From positions 63,862,001 through 63,926,000 of the forward strand of contig NC_058368.1 in assembly GCF_018350175.1 (NCBI RefSeq): a DNA stretch of 64,000 nucleotides, given 5' to 3'. Within the stretch, counting starts at the first letter, position 1, and the number at the start of each line of letters is the position of its first letter. This DNA comes from Felis catus (Eukaryota). Below, piece after piece: positions 38,683-52,898 of this stretch. The position numbers and the translations under genes are program-made. A model generated the notes under the pieces. That model was not told the DNA's origin. It did no database searches and was given only the letters and a program-made list of their open reading frames with translations.

Positions 38683-39097
38683 GAGAGAAAAAGCATTCAC
38701 ATAAATGATGAAATCTGTGTTACTGTCTATTAAGCAAGTATTTAACAAATGGTTAGATAAGAAGTTTCTATACCTTTAATCTGGAATGCTGAAAATGGCT
38801 ATACATTGATTCAAAATGATAAGCATTGAGTGGCTTGCTTCTATAACTCACATTTCTACCACTGCCCCCGTCACTGTTTCACATGTTAAATTAAAGCCTT
38901 CATCTATATCTCTTTGCTTGAAAATTGGCAGTCAAACTGAAAAACTCTTAAAATTAAAGGAAACTATTATTTTATTTCTTTTTGCATTCTGTTGCCCACT
39001 CTATGCCCTGACAAATACTAGCTTCTTGGTGGGTGTTTTTGAAATGAATTGAAACTGAGAATTCTATATTCATTTATTAATCCAAATAATTATTTCT

Positions 39098-39282
39098 TTT
39101 TTTTTTAATGTTTATTTATTTTTGAGGGAGAGAGAGACAGAGGGAGACACAGAATCTGAAGCAGGCTCCAGGCTCTGAGCTGTCAGCACAGAGTCTGACA
39201 AGGGGCTCGAACCCACAGACCATGAGATCATGACCTGAGCTGAAGTCAGATGCTCAACTGACTAAGCCACCCAGGTGCCCCC
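39098..39282 (-). mobile_element. Can-SINE
   Basis: TSD caaataattatttct / caaatagttatttct. Confidence 0.95.
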
Positions 39283-39974
39283 TCAAATAGTTATTTCTAA
39301 TAATATCTTATGGCAGCCTCAGTATTTTACATCGCTTTACTCTTTAGAATGTAAACTCTGTTTCTTTCCTTTTGGGATAGTGCTCTTAATTGCCTCATTC
39401 TCTTCTCAGATGGACTATAATTTGGAATAAAGATCTGGGCTATTGCTCGCTATTTGCTGCAGCTCAAAAGAAGTAGCACTTTGTTTGCATGTAAACTAGC
39501 TGTTCTTTTTTCTTCTAAACATCTATAGTGATCAGCAGTCTTTTCTTGTATTTGAGAAATTAATGTGCTTTAGCTAGTGTATATAGCATGTAGTGGCTAG
39601 GTATAGTGTAGAGTGATTCTTCTAATAAAACCTAGCTAAGGAAGATCTTAAGGTTTTAAAGGTCATGTCTGTTTCACCATCAAAACAACTCAGTTGTTGG
39701 AAAGACAAAACAAAACCCAATACAAGTGAAATATCTCAGGAGTAATGAGGGGCTCATGTGAATGGAAAGTTCTATAAGTATCTATCCAGGCCATTGAATA
39801 GACTTCTTGTCACCAACCTTGCAGATCATGTATTTCTGTATCCCTAAACAACCAGCCACCTTTAGCTATTACCCATGAACCAGAGTAGGTCCATCATAGA
39901 CAAGTATCATGCCACACAAAGTAAACAACCAGAGGTATTGTACATGAGCTCACTTAAGCAATTCATTTTTCAAA

Positions 39975-40122
39975 AAAATGTTTATTTATTTTTTAAAGAG
40001 AGAGCACACACATGTGCAGAGGAGGGGCAGAGAGAGAGAGGGAGAGAGAATCCCAAGCAGGTCCACGCTGTGAGGACAGACTCCAACATGGGGCTCTATC
40101 TCACGAACCATGAGATCATAAC
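39975..40122 (-). mobile_element. 5'-truncated Can-SINE
   Basis: Tail and body up to catgagatcataac; head missing. Confidence 0.88.
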
Positions 40123-42364
40123 TTCCCAGGGTTTCTGTAGAGCATCTTCATTTGCTACTTGTACTCTAAGGCACCTTTGAATGGATGAGCTGGGTCATCT
40201 GGACTGAACCTCAGAACAGTTTGCAAAATTCCAAGCTACAGACTTTTCTTTCTCATACAAAAGCTCCTTGGGGCTACTCTATATTTGGGTTAGAGCAACA
40301 CTCAAGTGTATATTATGTTTTGTCTAATATTCAGAGGGACCCAAAAAGCATCGTGCCTCTTCCTGAGTGCTAGGTTATCATAAGGCAGAAATTTGCCTTT
40401 TATGTTAGAATAACCCATTAAGATCCAGACAACTAGACATTTAGAACCCCTGCTGAATTGTCAAGCGCTTGAAATGTCAGTATTTTTCCCCACCAGAGGC
40501 ATGAACATGTCTACTAAGGCAACTAGGATGATGTGATCAATATTTTATTATCAGCATGGCGTCCTGTAAGATATCCAAATGATCAGGGCTCCTGTCTGTC
40601 ATGGAGTGGGAGAGTTGCCCTGAGTTCTAACAGTGAAGATATTCTTACCAGCTGAAAGTGAAATATTTCTAATTGTCCTTACTAATTGATAAAGGACAAT
40701 CAATTGTTAGCTAGATAGCAGGTAGCAGTACATGTTTGGATTTGCTCTGGCAGATACCACATACAAAGCTGGATGTAATTGGAGTCACCCTCTGACTCAG
40801 GTTATGATAATCCAAACATTCTCCAAGCCCATCTCAGTGTGCATAGAATAGCCAAACAAGTGACGTGAATATCGAATAGACTGATTTGGACAAAGATGTG
40901 TTTAAAATGCTATATGTGGGTACTTTTCTGAACTCCATTCTAATGGTTGATCAGTTGATAGGATTCGATTTTCTATGTGAATGATCACATGGTACACCGG
41001 TACAGCCATTCTAGCAAGAAGCTTGCTGTACCTTATAAAACTCGTATACTCTATGTACTTGTCTACCTTACCTTAGCCTGTATCCCAAGAAACTCTTGCT
41101 TATATTCACAAGGAGAATTCTTGCATATCTGTGGTAGCTGAGAGTTAGAGGCAAGTTATATGTCCATAACAAGAAAAATAAAATATATGAGTTTGGAATA
41201 TTATGAGTCAGAAGGATAGAATGCATTTTCATGCATCAAAAAATATCATTGTGATTAAAGAGAAAAATATATTAAATAGAATGAGAATAACAGTGCAATA
41301 CCATTTTTATAAATTAGTAGCAAATATATAAAAAATTAGTATATATTTTTCAAGGAGAGGATATGGCAAAGTACTTATATTAAATATATTAGAATGGATA
41401 TTTATAGAAAAACAGGAAAGAGGCTGAAGGATGAAAAAATAAATAAATATTCTATTTCAAGTATAAGTTATGACAGTATGCCAGGGACAGAGGAGTATTC
41501 TTTAACTCTCTGTATCTGAGAAAATATGTGTGTGTTTGTGTGTATATACATATAAATAAATATACACATATACATTATTTTAAAGTTTAGGTGAAAAGTG
41601 TTTTTTAATTATATTTTCCTAATAAAAACATAGTTAATACTTTCAGTCAAAATTTTCATGAGAACTAATGGTACTCAATTTTTAAATAACTTTTTTTTGC
41701 TATTTCATATGCTAAGCATAGATAATTTTTCATTATGGTGTATTGTAGATATAGTGATTATCCAGATAGAGATAAAATATAATTTGCTGAAAAGACTTAT
41801 TGACTTGGGACTTTCTGCTATAACTTAGTTATTAATTAGAACAAAATGAAAGTTTATTGTAAAAAAAAAAGTAGATAAGGGAAAAATGAGTTCTCAGTCA
41901 GCCCATCCAGATCATTAACAAACACTGTTTTGTGCGATTCATAAAAAAGTAAAGTTAAAAAAATATTTTCTGAGTTAGTTTTTGTAAGTTAGCATTGTAT
42001 CCATGACAGTATTTTTTAGGTTTTCTTAGTTACCTTGGGTAATTTCCATGAGAATATCTATAACAGTAACTACTATCTATAAATTTAAAGCAATTTAAAA
42101 TTAAAACAAACAAAAAAACACACACAAGAGTTTCTGTAAGTTAATATAATTGCTCTGGTAGCTGAAAAATAGAAAATTGTAAAATGCATCTGTTGTTTTG
42201 TCAATGTAAATGAAGATAAACACTATTCTGTGGTTAACAATTTAAAATACATTTTTACATATAAAGAAGTCATAGTCTTTAAATTATATTGTCACAGTTT
42301 ACTTTAGACTTAGTCTCTTTAGTGGTACATCCTATAAAAAATTGTTGTCCAAAGCTTGCTATTT

Positions 42365-42398
42365 ACTTATTTGTTTGTTTATTTGTTTGTTTGTTTGT

Positions 42399-42430
<32 letters not shown>

Positions 42431-42524
42431 GTATTCTCTATACCCAATGTGGGGCTCGATTCGAACTCACAATACCGAGATCAAGAGTCTCATGCTTTTC
42501 CAACTGAGCCAGCCAGGTGCCCCC
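42365..42524 (-). mobile_element. Short old Can-SINE with a (TTTG)/(TTTA) tail
   Basis: gaactcacaataccgagatcaagagtctcatgc...agccaggtgcccc. Confidence 0.9.
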
Positions 42525-43319
42525 AAATTTGTTGTTAAAATTATGTTAGATTTATGGCATCCTAACAAAAATATTTCCAGGCTTTAAAATAGAGTTTAAT
42601 TTACAGAGATTTCCATTATCCAATCAATTCTTTTCAGGTTGTGTTAATATAACTATTGTTGACTTTTATATAATTTGACCAGTTAGCTTTTTTTTTTAAC
42701 TACCCAACAGTATTTATTAAGTGATCATTAATTACTTTTTTGTTTTTCAGTTGGGATGTGTAGTCAATTTTTTGCAGGGGTATATAGTATCCTGAAGTGG
42801 TTTAAGGCTGCCATCTTGTTCTTTGTTTTCTCTTTACCCCATGTTCTTTATTCTTTATTCCTCCTCTCTTGCCTTCTTTTGGCTTTAACAGGTATTTAAT
42901 TTTTTTGAGATCTTCATGGCTTTTTTTACTTGCATTTTTTATTATTCTTCTAATGGTTACCATAGAGATAACAATATGCATTTTTAATTTTTACTATCTG
43001 CTTTAAAGTAGAACTTTTACTACTTCATTGAACGATATAAGAACTTTAAAATAGTTTCACTCCATTACCCTCTTCCTATCTTCCATTACCCTATTCCTAA
43101 CAAATAACTTCTAACAATGTTTTAACATCTTCCAAGATATTATTGTTATCGTTTTAAAATAGTCAATATTGTAATAACCTATATTTTATTCTTTGTGGTG
43201 CTTTTTTTTTATTCCATGTGTCCATCTAGAATCATTTTGCCTTAGCATTTTGTATATGTTTCATTGCTTATTACTGGTGATGAATTCTCTCAACTTTTGT
43301 TTGAAAACATCTTCATTTT

Positions 43320-43542
43320 GTTTTTTTTTTTGTTTTTTGTTTTTAATTTTTTAAATCTTTATTCTTGAGAGAGAGACAGCATGTGAGCAGGGAAGAGCAG
43401 AGAGAGGGAGACAGAACCCGAAGCAGGCTCCAGACTCTGAGTGGTCAGCACAGAGCCTGATGTGGGGCTCGAACTCACAAACTATGAGATCATGACCTGA
43501 GCCGAAGTCGGACACACAACCAACTGAGCCACTCAGGTGCCC
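43320..43542 (-). mobile_element. Can-SINE within an old L1ME-like fragment (~42740-43600)
   Basis: Degenerate TSD aaaacatcttcatttt / aacacatcgtcatttt. Confidence 0.93.
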
Positions 43543-43707
43543 TATGAACACATCGTCATTTTTGAAGAATATTTTACTAGGTCTAGAATTATAGGTTGTT
43601 GCCAGCTACCATTTTTAAAAATATAAATGTCCATAATTGAGTTCATGACATGACACTGTAAGTCGTATGGGAGGCTTAATGGAAACGTTTCATAGGAGAG
43701 GTAATTA

Positions 43708-44620
43708 CGGTAGTGGATGCTGCTGATGCCCTTTACCTGGCCATTTTATCTGCTTTCTGGCTGCTCTCTCCTGGTTGCTGGTAATGCACAGCTGCCTTAT
43801 TCTCTGGGGAATTGCACTTAACAAATTGGAGCCATCTATATTCATTATCTCTTGCTACTTAACAAGTCATTCCAAAACAAAGTGGCTTAAAGCAACAACA
43901 ACTATTTATTAACCAATTTTCTGTAGGTCAGGAATTTGGAAGCAGCTCAGCTATGGGGTTTTGGCTCAGGGTTTCTTCTGGCTATGGTCTCTTAGGGTGA
44001 TTGCTACCAAGGCCGGGTGAGGCTGCAATCCTATGAAGCCTTGAGTGGAACTGGCTATTATCTTCCAAGATGGCGACTCACAGGGCTGTTGGCAGGAGGC
44101 CTCACTGTCTCGTCACAATGACTTCGTGAGTTTTCTCACTCTGTAGCTGACTTTCCTCAGGGGCAAATAATCCAAGAGAGAGAAAGGCAGAAGCTGCAGT
44201 GTTTTTATGATCTAGCTTTGGAAGTCCCACACTGTCATTTCTGTAGTATCCTACAGGTTACACAGATAGGTTCTAGTCTGTGTGGAGGAGGACTACACAC
44301 CATCTCATCCATCTGAAAGAGGGGGCTAACTTCCCACCTGCCTCACCCCCTTGGCGGAGGCTCGTAAGCAGGGCCTGACACAGGGGGATAAAAGGCTTGC
44401 CCTTACTCAACGTGACGTGGCCAGATATGTGATGCAATCCATGCTTCCACACTCCCTGTACAATCTGGTTGAAGCTGGGACTGCATTCTGACTTACCTTC
44501 TTCCTGCCCACTCTATCCTGTTTCTCTCACTACCTTTCTCTTAAGAGTGCTACCTTGATGAATCCTCTGCATCCAAATTCCTTCCTCTGGTATTGCTTCT
44601 AAGGAATCTGACCTGAAAAA
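43708..44620. mobile_element. Old LTR (LTR16-like) with a nested MLT1-like LTR at ~43818-44300
   Basis: ggtagtggatgctgctgatgcc start and tgcttctaaggaatctgacct end; the insert has ccaaaacaaagtggcttaaagcaaca...ggtcaggaatttgg...ttccaagatggcgactcaca. Confidence 0.6.
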
Positions 44621-46707
44621 GTACCTAAAACAGATGCAGAATAGGTGTAAACTTAGGCAAAATTATAGTATCTTATCCTAAATACAGGTATTTCTCTCTG
44701 AATTCCCAAATCTGTAACCCTTTTGTCTGTTTTCTTTCTCCCCCTTCCTCCTCTGTATTCATTTTAAAAGAGAACCCTTCCGTTTAATACCCTTTTCCTT
44801 GCTCGATTTCGAACATTTGATGAAGGACATCCATGTCTGTCCTTGGCTCTACCAGCTGTGCTAAGCTTGAAGTATAGAGTATGTCAGTCTTTTGGCTTGG
44901 AAGGAAGGAAGCTAAACCATAGCTTTGGATTCCTTTGATTATATTTGGGTGATGTGATTGTACTTGTTCAACCTGCCCTGTTTTGTTTTGTTTTGTTTTC
45001 TGTTTATGTAGAATGCTAATAATGAGCTCATTGGAGACTTGGAGTTATTGATACACACCAGTTACAAAGGTCTCTGAAAGTTGAGAAAGTCAAGGAAGAG
45101 CTACCATTCCTTTGAATGTCTAGAAAAACATTACTATTTAGTCTTGTGGGGCAGAAACCAAATCAGCACAGCTGTAAAGGACACTGCACTTATGTAACTG
45201 TCTAAACCAGCTCAGGCAGAGTGATTTCCCTGTGGCAGTTCCTGCTCTCTGCTTGATTTCTTGAAGTTAGCTGGTAAGAATAAGCTATTAGCAAGCTTAA
45301 ATCGGTGATAATTAGCGGTACATTATTATTTCAAAGTGGTGTGGCTGTGCCAATTAAGCGGGTAATTAGGAAAACCCCAGGACAATAAATTAAGACAGAG
45401 TCTCAACACCAGTGCCCCATCTGTTCTACAGCAAGCATTCCAATTAGCCAAACCTCTCATTTAAGAATGCGCCAATTAAGGGGATTGGCTATATGCATGG
45501 CTGTGCATTGGGGTAATAACGACTGTCCTAGATGCTTAGTAAAAATAAAATATTTTTGATGTAAGAGGAGATTTTGATGTGAAGGTGGGGAAAGGAGAAT
45601 TTTTGGAAATACTGGATGTTTAATGTTTAAGACAAATACAATTTGAATTGTTTTATGAGCTTTGGTTTTTCTCAATTTTCTCTTCAGAACTTAATGGAAT
45701 CTTGTTTTATCGGGCAGCTCCATTTTATTCTAATGTGTTTATGAAATCTTGACTTGCATAGGAATTTTACCACTTGAACATTAACAATTTTTTGTTTTTT
45801 GTTTTTAAATGGAGAATAGGAACTCAAAAGGATGCTTGAAATTGCTTAGTTGAAAGAGGGGAATGAGTCAGGGCACATTCTGTTTCAGGATGTGTCTATC
45901 CATGAAAGCCAATTAATTGTTACCCTGTACATTGCGAAAGAACACAGTGAAGTGACTGAAATAGTTAATTATGCATAGGAACAACTTTTAAACATAATCT
46001 GAATGGAGAACACTTAATATTACTTAGGATTAATGCCAAGATAGGATCAGTACATATCACATAGGATCAGTTATCTTAAAACACATGAATTTATAGCTAC
46101 ATGGTCAAACCTTACTTAGCACAATATTTTATTAGTAAAACCAAAATTAATTAATGTTTAAAATTCTTGATGTGTGTGTCTGGGTGTATGTGTTTATATG
46201 GTTAAATCAGTATTGACATACTGGGCTTGATGATGAATTGTATATATATAAACTCGGTGGATGAAAATATCCATAGGTCAGGAAAAAGTCAACTCTGAGA
46301 AAAAGTTAATATTGTTTATAGGACCGGGGAAAGCAATTTCCAACCTATTTCCTAAAAGGAAGTTAGTGCTTCTTTGGGGTGCCATTATTATTTATTACCT
46401 GTAAGTTTAATTTACTAAAATAAAAGTCATGTTCCCTTCAATGAGAGCATTTCTGGCTAATTTAAAACAGTGCTTAGTGAGTGGTGGGTGTGAGGGTACC
46501 CAGGGCAGGCCAGGCCAAGGCAGGGCTTTGGGGAGGGGGCAAGAGGCCAGGCCAGAGCAGTACTGAGGAAATGTGAGCTCAGAGGCAGGCAGGCCAGCAT
46601 CAAGACCTACATGAATAATGAAAAGCAGGACCCTAGGGGGTCAAAAACCAGGCACACAGGAAGAAGGAATGCCAGAAGGCAGAACAAACATGTGGCAAAA
46701 GTTTAGG

Positions 46708-46842
46708 CTAGTGGTGCTTAACCTTTGCGGGTCACGTATCCCACTGAGAATCTGATAAAAACTTCCCAGAAAAGGAAAGTTCATAAACAAATACATGCAA
46801 AATTTTGTGTATTGAAAAGCCATTTTCTCCAGTTAAGACTAA
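46708..46842. mobile_element. hAT-Charlie-type MITE remnant
   Basis: ctagtggtgcttaacctttgcgggtcac..tgagaatctgataaaa..cccagaaaa...ccagttaagac. Confidence 0.5.
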
Positions 46843-49800
46843 TATTAAAAATAAAGCCTTTAAAAATGAGGTTTGCTCTTACATTTTTAGATGTTCATGG
46901 AAAAATTAGTGACCATTTCCTGATGTATGTGAAACCAAATTCAAACAACTAAACTAACATTAAGCAGTATTTGTACTGAAAGGTATGGACTAGAAGTTGA
47001 AATGGTGGTTTGTCTTAGATGTGGCTATACGGGCATGGTATTCAACAGATACTCTTTTTGTTTTGAAGGCAGAATTTACTGAAAATTCTAGAAAGCAGAT
47101 TTGTATAGTTATCACTGACTGCAATTAGAATTCTTATAACTTGCTTGCTTAGATGAAGGTAGGTTTATATCAGGGAGACTGAGATTTATTCTAAACTCTT
47201 CAAAGTTACATCACTGGTCCATAATGCTTTGGTCCTCAAGTTAATTTGTGACATCTGTCATATTGAGGCTCTCAACTTTAAGTTAATGTGAGTAGAAATA
47301 AATCTCCTCAAATTTCTCATTACACAAAGAATTAAAAAAAATACATGTTTTTTTCCTTAGCCATAGGAAGAAGGATCTTTAAATCGGACAGTTTTCAAAC
47401 TGATTCTCCAAAAGTCTTCTATTTCCCAGTAGCAGCTTTGTTAAATGAGCTAAGAGCTTCTCAGTAGTGTTTATAATTGAGACTGTAGGGTTATCCCATT
47501 TATATGGCTCAAAATATCCCTCAACCAAGAAAATCAAACTGTGAATGAAATTCTCCCTGTCTAATATACCCGAGAATGTTTTCCGTCTTTTCTTTCCCCT
47601 CACAAAAAATGAATCTTCTATCCTCTGGAAGGCCAGTAAACGTATGCAGAGTTGAAAAGAATTGCAAATTCAGCTCCCACTTTTTTCCACTCAATTTTTG
47701 AAGAGGTGAAGAAGATTGAAAGTCATGTCATACTGAAATTGATCATTTTTATAGGAGTGTATTAAAACTATCTCAGAATTTTTAGCAGAATCTATGGGAT
47801 CTAAATCAGGATGATGAGTGAGGCTCATTTCTTTTATTAAACTAGCAAAATTAATTGTATGTAGAAGCATCATATGTAGAAGTGCTCAGTATATAGCAAG
47901 AGTACTAAGCACTTTCTTCCACTTGGTTTTGTGTAGATAGCAAAAAACATTTCCATCAGTTTAAACCTTTCAGTGGCATTGGAAGTGTCTTGATTAGATG
48001 CATATAGCTAATAGGGGAAAATGGGGAACAGGATATTTACATTTTTATCCCTTTGCATATTTAAGGAAATGACAAAGCTGCCAATTCCTCCACAATTATC
48101 CATAAAATAGGAGAAATGTATTTCTAGGGTAGATTATATCCTTTGATGGGCATACTGTTTTTTTGTACTTTTTTGTTTTGTTTTCCATCTTCACTATAAG
48201 GCACACCATTTCCAGGGCCCATCATGATCTCTAGAATCATATGTGGAACCTCTTCCTTGGAAGTACAACTGAAGAAAGTTCAGGGGTAGTTTCAGGATGA
48301 TTCTTTTTATTTAGGCCCATATTTTAGAGTTACAGACTTTCACATCAAGGTTTCTTCTCAAAAATATGCTTCATTCTGTTTAATGACTTTGAAGATCAGC
48401 AGGTCTAAGGTGCTCCTTTTGCTGGGTCGGTTTCAGCCTCCTTCAGCAAGAATCTTGTTAGACATGGGCACTGCGACTTTGGGGTCCCACAAATTGAGTA
48501 AACTCCAAGGATTTCTAATCTTCATTGTATTTGGTTTATCGACATTGTCCAATGTAAGCTAAGCTTTATATAAACAAACCGATGTATGAATAATCATGAT
48601 GGAAGGATGTATTATTATAATTCTCATCACACGGATAATATTTTAGATGTTATACTTAAGCAAAGGTAATTATACATTACCCAGCTCTGACCAGTAATAT
48701 TCTGTGCCACCCAAAATAATACCTGGGTTACATGTAACCTTCAAGAGCCATTTTTTTTCTAAAATGAGAATTACTAGAATAATAAGAATAAAATCAAAGA
48801 TGAAAATATCTCATTTTCTCTGAACCCTTTTAATTATAGATTTTCTGAACCTAAAGCACATACTTATACCAGAGTTCAGGAACACAAGTACTTGCAGTAA
48901 GAGTTATACAGTAACCGAAGATGCCAGCAAGAACAGTTTATACCAGACATATATTGTCCATCGGGTAAGTTGGTGGGTGGCAATGACCAAGAATAGATGA
49001 CAGAAATCACAAATGAAAAAAAAAGACAAAAAGGAATGAGGAAGAAATCCATTTATTGGCAGACTATTAAGGGGAAAGGTTTTTTTTTAATTAGTTTTCT
49101 GCTAATGCTGAGAGAGGAAAATATTATACAAAATATGTTCATATCCTCTCAGTCATGGAATTTATAGTTAAAATGTCAGAAACCACAGAAAATACTTTAC
49201 TGCAAAAGACAGTAATATTCAAGGTTTGACCTAAAATGCTGATTCTCAAAATATAGTTACTCAAATAATGAATCTTAGTATTAATGAAGTTTGCTAGAAT
49301 CATTAGAATTGCAAATATTTGACTGAATGTTCTTGTTGATCTTGTCCCAGTCATGTCCTAGACATTTTTTTCCTGTTGAAAAACTAGTAACATGCTTTCT
49401 GAAACCAGCATAACTGAACAAATAATTGCATATTTTTATTAAAATGAACAAAAACTATGAGGCAGGAAAAGTTATGTCTCTTCTCTTTTGGGCTGGATGG
49501 TCAATTTCCTCAATACTGTCTGATTTGTTTAAATATTGGACATGTGGTCCTGTGTTTACTTTCATAAATGAGTTAAGATCTTTGTTTAAAGTGCTTTTTA
49601 ATGGAGAACAGCCAGTGCTTTCTGAGGTACATTTTTACAACATGGGAAAACGAGATGAGAGTTAGTTTTGAAAACTGAGTTTTGACATCAGGTTTAAATC
49701 ACTCTTTTTAAAGGAGGATGCTTTCAGAAAGGGTGCTTTTTACTGGGACATTAAATGGCAATGTGTTGGGTTTGGAGAGTTACTGAGAAGTGAGGAATAG

Positions 49801-52800
49801 AGGTGTCTGTCCTAATTATAGATGGCTATGAACGTTCAGCTCAGCGCTAGTATAAAATCACCACCATGGAGTGTGAAACATACAGCACAGGTCAAAAAGA
49901 ATCCTCTGCAGAGGATATCTGAGGATATTAGCATGTCTCCAAGGTCCTTTTCTGTTTCTCCTTCCCATTCCTCTCCCCTCACTGACCCCGTGCTCTGCAG
50001 CCTGCTGCCCATCTTAACCCCTTCAGCTTTGTTGAGAAAGCATAGTAAATCTTCTAAGGAAGGGAAATCGTGTCGCGTGAACAAGACTTCCTATGAGGAG
50101 GAAGGAACCTGGAATCATTTAGTCAGAAAAAAACAAAGAAATTCTTCTCTTTTGAGAATGGTGGGGATCGTTTGGTCCCAGCTTCCATAACGACCAGTAG
50201 GTTCAAGTGGGGTTTGGAGAATACACTTTATGAGTTACTCTTTTAGGAAAAATACTTTTTATCTTTTTAATCAAATATGAGTGCAATGTGGTTGTAACAC
50301 ATTTACATTTATGATGATTGGTGCCTCATACTGCATAGCTTTTTAAGGTCTTTTGATCCTCTCCACAATCTCTACATGCATTGCAAAGTCTAAGGAAAGG
50401 GACCAGGTAACTAGATTTCAATTCTCCCTCTAGCTAATTTGACTGTATATATTTAATGACTTTCAAGCATTTGCACAAGAACTGTTACTGCCATAGAATA
50501 GAAATTTAAATATTTTTTTTATTTTGAAGATTTTAAAAATATTTTGTCAAATGGAATGACTTTGTTCAGAATAAGATAAATTTATTAAATATAGATTCAG
50601 AATATGTAAGAAAAAATAGTTCTCATCTGGAAACATGTAATTATATACTTCCTCTGCTGAGCTGGAGACTGACATTTTAAATGTCTACTGTTTGACAACT
50701 GTGGTCAGACATCTCTACAGGGTTGAGCCTGCTCATTAGTGCCACATTAACCTTAACTTTGCCTCAGGCCATTAACCAGCAAACTGCACATTTGACCTTT
50801 GTTCTACAGATATTTTCAAACAGTATGGGAGGCACTGCTTTTAATTTGGGTTCTGTATTATTTGTGGACTGACTTTAGGGGTAAAAAAAATCAATACATG
50901 TCATTAAGTAAAGAAGCGTGTAGTCTGAAACATTCCACAGAGAGAAGTTCCATTTGAAAACAAGATTCTTCTCCAATACCTTTCCAGATAATTAGTTTTG
51001 GTCAAAATTAGAAATAGTCCCTTTTATATTATGTTCAATGGCAAAAAAGGAGAGGAAGTACAATATGTGACAGTTTATAAATGTTCTATAATTGCAACAA
51101 ATTCTTGCTATATGAAGACATAAGACTGAGAGGTAATGGCTTTTGAATATAGCTCTGTGTTCAGCAACATCTAACGAAATGAAATACAAAATTGAATGTA
51201 AAATCAGAGCCATATGCTTAAGTGAAAAAGGCTCCTGAGAGGAAATCAGCAAAGTCTGAAACACGTGGTTGCCACTCTTTAAGCCATACGTATGAGGACG
51301 ATATCAGCCTTATTAATTAAAATGTAAATTAGTTTAGTGGAATATTTTCGTAGATTGTGGTGGAGTTGCTACATTCAGATTATGGAATATTATACAGCTA
51401 TTGAAAAATAGGCAAGATCTAGACTTACTAATCTCATATGGGTTCATTATATGTTGTCAAGTGAGAAAAGCCTATTGCATGCACATGTATATAGCTTGGT
51501 CCCAGTTTTGTAAAACCAGACCATCACTATGTCTCTCTTTCTCTCTGTCTGTCTGTTTTGGGTTGCTAGATATCGTGCACATAGAGGAGCTGAAGAAAGC
51601 ATACCAGGCTGCTAACATTGGCTACCTCAGGAGGGAGGGATAGACACACTATGGAGGGACATACTAACTTGTTCTTCGTGTGCCTTTTGATTACTGTACC
51701 ATTTATGAAAAGATATGTTACTTTTATCGTTAAAAATGACTCAAGTCAACACTGATGACACAGCCAGTCAGAAGTGTTGCTCAATTTTATAGTAGGAACT
51801 GGGCATTCCTGTGTCACCCAAAGTATAAATGACACTTCAGGGTGAGTTGCATTTCCTTTCATAGTTTTTTTCTTTACCACGTGACACATCAGGAGACCTT
51901 TCTGGCACTGCTGGCCTCAAGGGCATGGGAAGCAATGAAGCAATAACTATGCTGGTCCATGTTTCTCCCTCGCCTTTAGTAAGCTTAGGGCAAACAAGGC
52001 TGCAAGCTATGAATGATCAATTGTGCTGCGGCCCTTTCCGTCTTTTCTGTGCTAGCACAGTGGACAGAGCCGCTCATTAGCCAGGAAGCAGAATTTGCCC
52101 CGCTCACTGCGTTCTGCATCAGACCTTTCACACTGGTAGAGATACACAGATAAATCCTGCTTAAACAAATTGCCTTCTAAGTGCAGATTTTGGCTGAAAT
52201 AAGTGTTGTATCTGTGTCTTCTAGTCCAACAATCTACTAATTGTGTTCTATTAGCAGCATGAGGATTTCTGTAAAATTTTTGAAACAGGTGGAAATATTC
52301 TTCTGTATAAAGGTTCATTCAAGTCTGATTTATCAGATATTCAGTATCAGTCCAACATTGCTAAGCAATGGCATTTTAATTAATTAATTAATTAATGAAA
52401 CCAAGATAGCGAGGCCTGCTATAATTAAATTCCTGAGTAAGTTAGTCATTTTCACTTGGTTTTTTTTTCTTCTCTGATTTTCACTTTCCTTAGTTTCCAA
52501 ATGAAAGAATAGGTCTAAATCACAGGTGCTCAACTCTGGCCATACATTTGGATCCTATAGGAACATTTCAGAAACACTCATGTGCCCAGGTCCAACTCCA
52601 GACCAACACATCTGAGTGAGGGAGAAATGTAAGTGTGCAGTTTACACATTTTCTTGGCGATGACAGTGTACAATTAGGACAAAGAGCCATGGGAACAGAT
52701 GATCTATGGCTGTTTCTGGTTTTGTAACACGGTATATCTGTGAGGTGATAATTATGATAGCTATCTTACAGAGCTATATGACTAAATATTATTGTGTCCC

Positions 52801-52898
52801 TACATATTAATGTCAGCAGCACATATATATACAATCTGTCTTGAGCCTGTGTAGTCTGGCGCAGTTTGCAGTCTTCCTCTGTAGATCTCTTCCATTTT

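Noticed and set aside
49822..50190. 122-aa ATG-initiated ORF in intron 4
   Set aside because: No recognisable homology or domain and no supporting gene structure; the length is within chance for a 64-kb window.
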